A DNA stretch of 36,502 bases from positions 1 through 36,502 of the IMG/VR virus record IMGVR_UViG_3300032280_001026. One strand, 5' to 3'. The notes beneath the pieces are model-generated. The model made no database searches and had not been told where the DNA came from. It was given only the letters and a program-made list of their open reading frames with translations. The translations under genes and the position numbers were made by a program. Position 1 is the first letter of the stretch; every line of letters starts with the position of its first letter. Positions 26,157-34,686 of this stretch are shown piece after piece. The DNA is from a virus. Lineage: Duplodnaviria > Caudoviricetes.

Positions 26157-28268
26157 ACGAGTTGGCCTGACATTGATTCTGACGCAGGTAATCGTGATGC
26201 ATTGATTGATGCAGCACGAGAGCTTTATGGATTTGAATCTGTTATTCCTGTGAGCAATTTTAATACTTTGAAGCTTAAGTCGCTCATCAAAGACATCGCC
26301 AAGTTTTATGAAATTGACTTTGCTGAAGTTAACAAGATGACCGGCCCGCTTCAAGACGAAGTTATGGCACAGGCTCGCGATGAAAATACTGAAAAGTCAG
26401 TCTTTGTGCTTGAGCATCAGGACTGCATGGAGTTTTCTCCCGGTTATCGAGAGTTCATGCAAAAGTATCCTAAGGTCAAAGATCATATCGAAACACTCTT
26501 CATGCAGAATCGATCTATTGGACGACATGCAGGCGGGGTTATTATCGGTCCAGCTGACGCACTTGCTTCTTCAATGCCGATTATTGGAGTTCGCGGTGAA
26601 CTTCAGACTCCTTGGACAGAAGGTATGAACTTCCGTAACTTGGAAGACAACGGATTTATTAAGTTTGACTTTCTAGGATTAACTCTGCTTAAGGATGTTG
26701 AAAACTGTATCTCACGAATCATTACACGAGAAACAGGAAAGACGCCAACATTCCTTGAAGTACGAGATTGGTTTGATAAATATCTTAACTGTCGTTATGT
26801 TGATCAGAGCGATCCTAAAGTTTGGGAACACGTCTATCACCAACGGCGCAAAGTAGGTATCTTCCAATTTACTGCCGAAGGCGCTCGCCGCTTTTGTGAA
26901 GATGCTAAACCTACTTCAATTATTGAGCTTGCAGCTTTGACTGCAATTTATCGTCCTGGTCCTCTTCGGGCAAACGTTCATAAGAAGTATGTCAATGATA
27001 AGCAGCGTGCCGATCAAATTGTCTATGCACATCCAATCATTAAGGAGATCTTAGGTCCAACTTTCGGTCACGTCACTTTCCAAGAGCAGTTCATGCTTCT
27101 TGCACAAAAGCTGTCAGGTTTCTCTCCTGGTGAGTCGGATAAACTTCGTAAAACGCTGGTTAAGAAGTCGCTTGACACGATTGGTAAAAAAGGTGATGAA
27201 CGCGAAGAAGCACGGTTAAGATTCGTTGAAGGCGCTCGAAAGCTTAATGGTGTGCCTGAAGATGTTTCCCAAGAGCTTTGGGAAAGAATCGAGTTCTTCA
27301 GTGTGTATGGTTTTAACTTATCACACGCTGTCGCTTATGCAATTGGATCTTATTACTCAGCTTGGCTACACACTTATTATGAAACTGATTGGCTTGCAAC
27401 AATCCTTCAGTCTGAAAATGGTAATCCTACTAACTTAGCAAAATCAATTTCTGAAATCAAAGCAATGGGTTACCCTGTTAGCACTCCCGATATAAATGAA
27501 TCTGGTTTAGTGTGGAACTGGTCTGAAAGAAAGAAATCTTTTATTCCTCCTTTGACATCCATCAAAGGTTTAGGTGATAATGCTGTAAAAGAAATTATGG
27601 AAAACAGACCTTACACGACACTACAGAAAATGCTCTTTAACGAAGAAGGTGAGTGGTATCATTCAAAGCTTAATAGAACAGGGTTTGCTGCACTTTGCAA
27701 AGTCGAAGCGTTAGATGCACTTGAAGAAATATGGCAGGGTAAAGTTCCAAATCACAGAGCGCTTCATGAAATTATCATTTCCAATTACGAGATCCTTAAG
27801 AAAGGTCAGTTTGGAATGACGCTTAAAAAAGCACAGAAAACAAATGCGCCTCCTTTGCTGCCCAAGCTTATTGAAGAAAATTCAAATCTTGAAGATTGGT
27901 CAAGAATTGAAAAGTTACAGATGTACCAAGAAATGTGCTCTGCTGTTAGAGATGATTTAGCATTTCCTCCAGAAGTTATGCTAAAAATCAAGAGTGCTGA
28001 TGTAAAATCAGTTCTTCAAATGGAGCCTAAAGAAGAAGGAGTTGCTTGGTTTTGTGTAATTGAAACTATTAGAAAAACTTCTAAGAACAAAAAAGTTTTT
28101 CATAGAGTAAAAATCACAGACGAAGAAAGTAATTCTGGCTGGCTAATGATTTGGGGAGAAATTCCTAGCTCAATGAAACCTTATACTTTGTGGCTTGCAA
28201 AAGCAAAAAATGACCCTAACTGGGGCGCATCAACTAGCATTGACAAAGTAAGAGCACTTATACAATAG
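25980..28268 (+). CDS. dnaE: Split intein C-fragment fused to DNA polymerase III alpha C-terminal part (palm, fingers, HhH, OB)
   Basis: PDIDSD (two catalytic Asp), GRHAGGVII, KFDFLGL (third Asp), GIFQF, YRPGP, FQEQFM, YGFNLSHAVAY, PDINES, SIKGLG. Confidence 0.95.
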   Translation: MTKYQILSEETTKEQNNLFEIEEIEFVPYSKTMIDIEVEGDHTFYVAQDSESDFVLTHNTSWPDIDSDAGNRDALIDAARELYGFESVIPVSNFNTLKLKSLIKDIAKFYEIDFAEVNKMTGPLQDEVMAQARDENTEKSVFVLEHQDCMEFSPGYREFMQKYPKVKDHIETLFMQNRSIGRHAGGVIIGPADALASSMPIIGVRGELQTPWTEGMNFRNLEDNGFIKFDFLGLTLLKDVENCISRIITRETGKTPTFLEVRDWFDKYLNCRYVDQSDPKVWEHVYHQRRKVGIFQFTAEGARRFCEDAKPTSIIELAALTAIYRPGPLRANVHKKYVNDKQRADQIVYAHPIIKEILGPTFGHVTFQEQFMLLAQKLSGFSPGESDKLRKTLVKKSLDTIGKKGDEREEARLRFVEGARKLNGVPEDVSQELWERIEFFSVYGFNLSHAVAYAIGSYYSAWLHTYYETDWLATILQSENGNPTNLAKSISEIKAMGYPVSTPDINESGLVWNWSERKKSFIPPLTSIKGLGDNAVKEIMENRPYTTLQKMLFNEEGEWYHSKLNRTGFAALCKVEALDALEEIWQGKVPNHRALHEIIISNYEILKKGQFGMTLKKAQKTNAPPLLPKLIEENSNLEDWSRIEKLQMYQEMCSAVRDDLAFPPEVMLKIKSADVKSVLQMEPKEEGVAWFCVIETIRKTSKNKKVFHRVKITDEESNSGWLMIWGEIPSSMKPYTLWLAKAKNDPNWGASTSIDKVRALIQ

Positions 28269-28291
28269 TCATAAGCTAAAAAGGAATTAAA

Positions 28292-29380
28292 ATGAAGATA
28301 GAAGAACTTAAACTTGATTTTAAAGACGTGCTTATTCGACCAAAGCGATCAGAAGCTAAAAGTAGAAAAGATGTCTCGCTTGAGAGAAATTATACTTTTA
28401 GAAATGGTTCTACTTGGCAAGGAATTCCTATTGTTGCTGCAAACATGGACGGCGTAGGAACTTTTGAAATGTCGGGCGTCTTAATGAAAGAAGGCCTTTT
28501 AACATGTCTTGTTAAGTCATATAGTTTATCAGATTATCAAAAAGATGAATGGCTTTGGTCAAAAGAGCATTCTATTATCTCAACAGGTATTTCTGATGCT
28601 GATCAAGATAAAACACAAAAAATTATTGACAAATTCGGTAGTGGAATCAAGTTTGTTTGTATTGATGTCGCAAACGGATATTCAGAACACTTTGTTAAGT
28701 TTGTTAGATCTTTTAGAGAAAAGAATCCTCACCTGACAATTATTGCAGGAAATGTTGTAACCGCTGACATGACGCAAGAGCTAATCTTAGCAGGTGCAGA
28801 CATAGTAAAGGTAGGAATCGGCCCCGGGAGTGTTTGCACAACTCGAATTAAGACAGGAGTAGGATACCCGCAGCTTTCAGCCATTATTGAGTGTGCTGAT
28901 GCTGCTCACGGCTTAGGCGGTCATATTATCGCTGACGGTGGCTGCACATCACCAGGAGATGTTGCAAAAGCTTTTGCAGCCGGGGCTGACTTTGTCATGT
29001 TAGGTGGAATGCTCGCAGGACATGACGAAGGGGGTGGTAAGGTGATTAAGCGTGTCTTTAAAACAAATGAATATGAAGTCGATTCATATGGCACCGTCAT
29101 AAAACCTCTTTACGATGAAAAGAAATTTGTTCAGTTTTATGGAATGAGTTCTGAAACTGCAATGAATAAACATAACGGCGGTGTTGCACCTTATAGATCA
29201 GCAGAAGGAAGAACAGTTGAGATTCCTTATAAAGGTCAGGTCTCAGAAACTGTAAAAGACATACTTGGCGGGTTAAGATCTACTTGTACATACGTTGGTG
29301 CATCTTCGCTTAAACAACTAAGTAAATGCACTACTTTTGTTCGTGTTGCACAGCAATACAATGGAGTTTTCCTAAAGTGA
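28292..29380 (+). CDS. guaC: GMP reductase
   Basis: [86 protein letters not shown]. Confidence 0.96.
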   Translation: MKIEELKLDFKDVLIRPKRSEAKSRKDVSLERNYTFRNGSTWQGIPIVAANMDGVGTFEMSGVLMKEGLLTCLVKSYSLSDYQKDEWLWSKEHSIISTGISDADQDKTQKIIDKFGSGIKFVCIDVANGYSEHFVKFVRSFREKNPHLTIIAGNVVTADMTQELILAGADIVKVGIGPGSVCTTRIKTGVGYPQLSAIIECADAAHGLGGHIIADGGCTSPGDVAKAFAAGADFVMLGGMLAGHDEGGGKVIKRVFKTNEYEVDSYGTVIKPLYDEKKFVQFYGMSSETAMNKHNGGVAPYRSAEGRTVEIPYKGQVSETVKDILGGLRSTCTYVGASSLKQLSKCTTFVRVAQQYNGVFLK

Positions 29381-30297
29381 GAAAGACACCAATTAATCAA
29401 ATTATTTTAGAAGGTCCCGATCTTTCTGGTAAGACAACGCTTTATAATCTCTTGCATAAGCGTTCTGGTTACGCTTGGAACATTCAAGACCGATCATCGC
29501 TGTCTATGGTTGTATATGCCCGTCTTTACGGACGTGATGACTATTTTCATGTAGAGTCACTAAAATCTGAACTTTCAAATCTTAACAATGTGATCATTCT
29601 TCTTTTGCCAAGCTGGGATGTCATTGCAAAACGCTTTCAAGTTCGAGGTGACGAACTTCAAAACTTCGCTTCGCTAAAAAAAGTTTATGATCTATTTGTC
29701 GAAGCAGCAACTGAGTTTGAGAGTTATCCAAATGTAATAACTATTCGATCGGCGATCGATGATCAAATGGTTGACAACATCATTCAGAATTTAAGTACAC
29801 AATTTGAAGGCAAAAAGTATCACGAATATGCAAGTGCTTTTATGACAGCCGCATCTTGTGGTGTCAATCTTGAAAAAATCGGATTACATTTAACACATTA
29901 CGACTCTGGAACATTTGATGACATCTCAGAAGAAATGCTTGAATACGAGAAAGAAGCGGCGTATTACCAAACAATTCGTCAAAAGACACTTTCAAAAATT
30001 TCTAACGAACTTATAGGAAAGAATGAGTATTCAAGAAAAGAAACTCATGAGTCACGTCGTTTTATTTATTCTGATGAATCCTGTTTATCTCTGTGTCATT
30101 TCTCATTGAGAAATGAGTTTCTATACGGGGAGTTCTATCTAAGGTCTTCTAATACAAAAGAGACACTTCGGTATGATATGAACTTTCTTAAATCTTTAAC
30201 AAGAGATGTCTTCTCAAAACTATCAGAGCACAGTGACATAAAGATGTGTAAGCTAGTTCTTAAAATTGGATCAAGTCATATATTGCTAAGCAATTAG
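29377..30297 (+). CDS. Fusion of a dTMP-kinase-like dNMP kinase and a minimal thymidylate-synthase-fold (dCMP hydroxymethylase-like) domain
   Basis: [14 protein letters not shown]-loop, DRSSLS..VY; C-terminal SRR, Cys, YLRSSN, LRYD, GSSHI; GTG 29377 overlaps the guaC stop (GTGA). Confidence 0.75.
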   Translation: MRKTPINQIILEGPDLSGKTTLYNLLHKRSGYAWNIQDRSSLSMVVYARLYGRDDYFHVESLKSELSNLNNVIILLLPSWDVIAKRFQVRGDELQNFASLKKVYDLFVEAATEFESYPNVITIRSAIDDQMVDNIIQNLSTQFEGKKYHEYASAFMTAASCGVNLEKIGLHLTHYDSGTFDDISEEMLEYEKEAAYYQTIRQKTLSKISNELIGKNEYSRKETHESRRFIYSDESCLSLCHFSLRNEFLYGEFYLRSSNTKETLRYDMNFLKSLTRDVFSKLSEHSDIKMCKLVLKIGSSHILLSN

Positions 30298-30321
30298 AAT
30301 AAATCTGCTATACTTAAAGAT

Positions 30322-30750
30322 ATGAAAATTAAAAAATCGACGCTGCTTAAACTAATAAAAGAAGCATTTCAAGTTGCTGAGCCTTCACCTGGCACTGAAG
30401 AAATGTTAAGCCCAGAACATCAAATGATGACTATGCTTGTTAGAAAGATCTATAAAAATCTTGATGACCCAGCATCATTTTTTAGAAATATTTCGTTAAT
30501 TGAAGATGCCATAAGTAGATCTTCAAATATTCAAGGTGATATTGCAAGAAAGTTTTTTACTCTTGAAACAATTCTTGGAAATCTTCAAAAGATTCATGAA
30601 GGACAAGAAGTTATTATTGACTTAGACGCGTCAGGAAATCAAGTAGAATATGATGAATTTGGAATGCCAATCTCATCAGAAGCAGATGAGATTAGTGGCT
30701 TTGATAGCGAGGCACCGCCCTTTGAAGACGATGACGACATGCCGTTCTAA
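30322..30750 (+). CDS. Hypothetical acidic protein with MKIKKSTLLKLIKE leader
   Basis: 142-aa ORF; no SD; TACTTA lies 5 nt upstream of the ATG (possibly leaderless). Confidence 0.65.
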   Translation: MKIKKSTLLKLIKEAFQVAEPSPGTEEMLSPEHQMMTMLVRKIYKNLDDPASFFRNISLIEDAISRSSNIQGDIARKFFTLETILGNLQKIHEGQEVIIDLDASGNQVEYDEFGMPISSEADEISGFDSEAPPFEDDDDMPF

Positions 30751-30772
30751 GCAACAAAATAAAACTTGAAAT

Positions 30773-30811
30773 TAAAAGAGGATTGTAAAGTTCTCTTTTT
30801 TTTTGTATTAT
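30773..30811 (+). promoter_or_regulatory. Terminator-like hairpin overlapping promoter TGTAAA-N16-TATTAT
   Basis: AAAAGAGGA...TTCTCTTTT stem with T run; TGTAAA 30784-30789 in the loop; TATTAT 30806-30811. Confidence 0.55.
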
Positions 30812-30831
30812 TACTAATCATAGGAGTAGTA

Positions 30832-31875
30832 ATGAAAAGAGCTTTAGTCACAGGTGGTTGCGGATTTATTGGATCTAACCTTACTAAGAAGTTAGTATCT
30901 GAAGGTTGGTTAGTAGACGTCGTAGATAATCTTTCTGGAGGAACTTTAAAAAGCTTAGAAGGATTAAAGATAAGAGTACTTCCATCTGCTAGTTTTATAG
31001 CACCTTACTATGCTTCTCTTCAAGGCAAAGACGGTCAAGCTAATACATCTCCTACTATTCAAATGGATAGAAGTTTAGAAACAGTTCTTGTTATTCAAGA
31101 TGATCTTTCATCTGAAAGTATGCTTAGACACATACAAGAAAAAAGCTACGATGTTGTTTTTCATCAAGCTGCTGTGCCTAGAGTTTCTTATTCTGTCGAG
31201 TATCCTGCTAATACTACACTTGAAAACATTTATAAAACAGTCAAACTTTTTGAGTCTTGTGCAGGTAATGTTAAAAGAATTGTTTGGGCGTCGTCTTCAG
31301 CAGTTTATGGAGGCGCAGAGAATATGCCTACACATGAGTCTGAAAGAGGCAAGATTATTCCAAAGTCACCTTATGCTTGGCAAAAGTTTGCTATAGAAGA
31401 TTATGCCAAGATGGCAGCAGATCTTTACAATCTTGATATTGTTTGCTTAAGATACTTTAATGTCTTTGGCCCGGGACAGTTAGGCGATTCGCCTTACTCA
31501 ACTGCAATTTCTGCATGGTGTCATGCTATTAAGCACAATCTACCTCTCCGTTCAGACGGGGATGGCACACAGACTCGCGACATGTGCTATATTGACAATG
31601 TTGTTCATGCCAACATTCTTGCAGCAAATTCTAATCTAACTTTTAATGGAAGATGCTACAATGTTGCATGTGGTGACAGTGTTTCAAATCAAGAGATTTT
31701 AAACTATCTTAAGGGTCAATTTAATTTAACTGTTACACACGCGCCTGGAAGACCCGGAGATGTTAAGCACACCAAAGCAGATATCAAGAGATCAAGCGAA
31801 GAACTTGGTTATACACCACTTGTTCGATTTTGGGAAGGATTAAATCGAACAATTGAATGGTGGAATCTTAAATAA
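30832..31875 (+). CDS. NAD-dependent NDP-sugar epimerase/dehydratase 2 (UDP-Glc/GlcNAc 4-epimerase-like)
   Basis: VTGGCGFIGSNL, FHQAA.P.V, ASSSAVYG, SPYAWQK, LRYFNVFGP, GDGTQTRD, RPGDVKHT.AD; AGGAG RBS gives ATG 30832. Confidence 0.92.
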   Translation: MKRALVTGGCGFIGSNLTKKLVSEGWLVDVVDNLSGGTLKSLEGLKIRVLPSASFIAPYYASLQGKDGQANTSPTIQMDRSLETVLVIQDDLSSESMLRHIQEKSYDVVFHQAAVPRVSYSVEYPANTTLENIYKTVKLFESCAGNVKRIVWASSSAVYGGAENMPTHESERGKIIPKSPYAWQKFAIEDYAKMAADLYNLDIVCLRYFNVFGPGQLGDSPYSTAISAWCHAIKHNLPLRSDGDGTQTRDMCYIDNVVHANILAANSNLTFNGRCYNVACGDSVSNQEILNYLKGQFNLTVTHAPGRPGDVKHTKADIKRSSEELGYTPLVRFWEGLNRTIEWWNLK

Positions 31876-31888
31876 TATCGGAGAAACA

Positions 31889-32452
31889 ATGACACCTCAA
31901 TTAAAACTTTACGTAGGACCGATGTTTAGCGGCAAATCAACTAAACTTCTTGAGCAAGTAGAACGATATAAATTTGCAAAAAAAGAAGTTGTATGTTTCA
32001 AGCCTGCAATGGACACAAGATACACACAAGAAGGTGTGATTATGACTCACAGTGGTATAAGTGTGCCTTGTGTGCTTGTGAATAAAGGGCAAGATATTAT
32101 AAACTTCTTTAGAAACAAAGAAAATCTGCCTGACATAATTGCTATCGATGAAGCCTTTATGATTGATAATGTTGCAAATGCATGTCTCTACTATCTTTAT
32201 GATAAACGAATAAGTGTCTTAGTTTCGACACTTGATTTATCGTCTTCGCTTTCAGCTTTTGATGAAGTATCAACACTGCTCTGTCATGCAACGCATGTAA
32301 AAAAATGTAAAGCTGTTTGCACGATTTGTGGAGAAGATGCGTCTTACACAATGAGAAAAGAAAATTTTAACAATACAGAACTAATTCATGTCGGCGGAAG
32401 TGATATTTATGAAGCAAGATGTCTTCGACATCACTCAGGAATCACATTTTAG
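31889..32452 (+). CDS. tdk: Thymidine kinase (type II)
   Basis: GPMFSGKST, KP..DTRY, IDEA, AVCTICG, VGG...YEARC. Confidence 0.92.
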   Translation: MTPQLKLYVGPMFSGKSTKLLEQVERYKFAKKEVVCFKPAMDTRYTQEGVIMTHSGISVPCVLVNKGQDIINFFRNKENLPDIIAIDEAFMIDNVANACLYYLYDKRISVLVSTLDLSSSLSAFDEVSTLLCHATHVKKCKAVCTICGEDASYTMRKENFNNTELIHVGGSDIYEARCLRHHSGITF

Positions 32453-32461
32453 GAGAGCAAA

Positions 32462-33295
32462 TTGTTCGAGCCCGCAAGTGTTAATTGTGTAATTTTTCAT
32501 GCCGATTGTACTGATGGTTTTGGCGCTGCATACTCAGCGTGGAAATGTCTTGGAGATCGTGCTGAATATCATCCAAGAAAGCATGGAGAATCACCTCCTG
32601 ACGTTACTGGAAAAAATGTTGTTATTTTAGATTTTTCTTTTGGAAATTCTCTTATTAAAGAGCTTATTCAAAAAGCAAAATCTTTAATTGTAATTGATCA
32701 TCACAAGTCTGCGATGGTTGAACTTCACGATATTTCCAATACTCATTTTGATATGACAAAAAGTGGCGCAATGCTTTCCTGGGAGTTTTTTCATCCAGGA
32801 AAAGAGCCGCCCAAGTTTATAAGATACATTCAAGATCGTGATCTTTGGAAATGGGAACTCGAATACAGCAAAGAATTTAGCGCAGCATTTGACATGGTAC
32901 CCTTCAAATTTGAAGAATTTGAAAAATTTGAAGACAATTCTGTTTTTGATGATGCAGTAAAGCGAGGAAGTTACATTCTTGCTTATTCTAAAACAGTCAT
33001 TCAAAAAATCTGTGAAAAAGCTGCTCCAAGAAAGATGAATAATAAAAATGTGCTTGTGGTAAATTCGGCACATTGGATATCTGAGATCGGCTCTCGCTTA
33101 GCTACAAAATGTGATTTTGCGCTTATCTGGTATTATGACCATTGCGACAAAGAACTTAAAGTAAGCCTTCGTGCATTTCATGATACTGTAGACGTATCAG
33201 AAGTTTCTAAGTTATTTCAAGGCGGCGGTCACAAGAAAGCAGCGGGATTTAGACTTCCTGGTACTTTTTCTATTGAAGATTTATTCGACAAGTAG
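32462..33295 (+). CDS. DHH/DHHA1 family phosphoesterase
   Basis: FHADCTDG, LDFS, IDHH, SGA, DRDLW, SLR, GGGHKKAAGF. Confidence 0.88.
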   Translation: MFEPASVNCVIFHADCTDGFGAAYSAWKCLGDRAEYHPRKHGESPPDVTGKNVVILDFSFGNSLIKELIQKAKSLIVIDHHKSAMVELHDISNTHFDMTKSGAMLSWEFFHPGKEPPKFIRYIQDRDLWKWELEYSKEFSAAFDMVPFKFEEFEKFEDNSVFDDAVKRGSYILAYSKTVIQKICEKAAPRKMNNKNVLVVNSAHWISEIGSRLATKCDFALIWYYDHCDKELKVSLRAFHDTVDVSEVSKLFQGGGHKKAAGFRLPGTFSIEDLFDK

Positions 33296-33303
33296 AGGTG
33301 TTT

Positions 33304-33744
33304 ATGTATAGACCCACCTGGGATGAGATCTGGGGTTATTTTTCAAAACAGATCTCGATGAGAAGTTCAGACCCAAAACATAAAGTCGGCGCTGTAATTG
33401 TCAACAATGAGAATACTCAAGTCTTATCAATTGGTTATAACGGAGATCAGAAAGGAGGAAAAAATCAGCGAGACTCTATGGAAGTTGGTAAAAGTGGTTT
33501 TATTCATGCCGAGATAAATGCTTTAATTAAGTGTGATTATAATAATCCTGCAAGAAAAAAGATGTATCTTACACTTTCTCCTTGCGAAATCTGTGCAAAA
33601 GCAATCATTAATGCTGGAATTGCTGAAGTTATTTATTTAGAGAGATACGAGCAATCGAACGGTATAGATATACTTAAAGATGCAGGTATTACTGTTAGAC
33701 ATCTTAACATTTCGGGAGAATACATTGAGGAATCAAGTAGTTGA
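33304..33744 (+). CDS. dCMP deaminase
   Basis: RP.WDE, VGAVIV, GYNG, HAEINA, SPCEICAKAII.AGI. Confidence 0.9.
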   Translation: MYRPTWDEIWGYFSKQISMRSSDPKHKVGAVIVNNENTQVLSIGYNGDQKGGKNQRDSMEVGKSGFIHAEINALIKCDYNNPARKKMYLTLSPCEICAKAIINAGIAEVIYLERYEQSNGIDILKDAGITVRHLNISGEYIEESSS

Positions 33745-33976
33745 ATCTTTGTTATCGATTGGAGGCAAACTAAATAAGAAAGATTCTATCGATCTTCTTC
33801 AGACAGGTTTGCTTATCAAGTGCAAAGAGACGGGACACAAATACACAGTTTCTCGAGTTGATTTTGAAAACGGCAAGCCTGTAGTTGTTTGTTATAGACA
33901 CTATGGGCCTAAAAAAACTGACATAGTTTATGTTAAGCTACAAGAAACAGATTTTTCAGATTATGAGGCGGCATAA
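33725..33976 (+). CDS. Hypothetical small beta-rich protein
   Basis: GGAG SD at 33715-33718 before TTG 33725; stop overlaps the next ATG. Confidence 0.55.
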   Translation: MRNQVVESLLSIGGKLNKKDSIDLLQTGLLIKCKETGHKYTVSRVDFENGKPVVVCYRHYGPKKTDIVYVKLQETDFSDYEAA

Positions 33977-34686
33977 TGGATTTAAATAACTTTTTAACAG
34001 ATGAAGCAAAGCAAGTGATAAAAAATACACTTAATTTAAAAGAAAAAAATAGTTTAGTAAACGAAGCGTTTGCTGCACAGCCAAAACAAGTAAATGTGCG
34101 TACAGACTTTTTAAGTCCTGGCAATATTCAAAATCATGTTGATCTTTATCATGGGTATATTAAGAACTTTAACAAATCAAGCACTTCACTTGATTCTGCA
34201 GATAGATCAGATGTTAATCCTAACAACTCAGCGTTTAGATCACTTAAAATAGATGAAACATTTAACATGAATGGTGCTTATCTTCATGAGCTTTATTTCT
34301 CTAATATCGGTGATTCTCAATCAAAGATTACCATGGATTCTCTTTCATACATGCGTCTTAACAGAGATTTTGGATCTTTTGACGACTGGCAGCGCGACTT
34401 TATTGCTTGCGGTAAAGCTTCAAGATGTGGTTGGGTTATGACATATCTTAATATGTACACACAGACTTACATGAACTGTGTCATAGACTTACATTCTGAA
34501 CAAGTTCCAGTAGGATCCTATCCAGTTATCGTTATGGATGTGTGGCAGCACGCTTATTATCGTGACTATTTAGGTGATATTAATTCTTACATGACAGCAA
34601 TGATGAAAGAACTTCGATGGTCAGTTATAGAAAAGCGATTTGAAAAAGCAGACAAGATACTTAATGTCGTGAGAGGAGCACAATGA
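33976..34686 (+). CDS. sod: Fe/Mn superoxide dismutase-like protein with an N-terminal extension
   Basis: NH...Y.GY..NFN, NGAYLHELYF, FGSFDDW..DF, GWV, MDVWQHAYY.DY. Confidence 0.85.
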   Translation: MDLNNFLTDEAKQVIKNTLNLKEKNSLVNEAFAAQPKQVNVRTDFLSPGNIQNHVDLYHGYIKNFNKSSTSLDSADRSDVNPNNSAFRSLKIDETFNMNGAYLHELYFSNIGDSQSKITMDSLSYMRLNRDFGSFDDWQRDFIACGKASRCGWVMTYLNMYTQTYMNCVIDLHSEQVPVGSYPVIVMDVWQHAYYRDYLGDINSYMTAMMKELRWSVIEKRFEKADKILNVVRGAQ

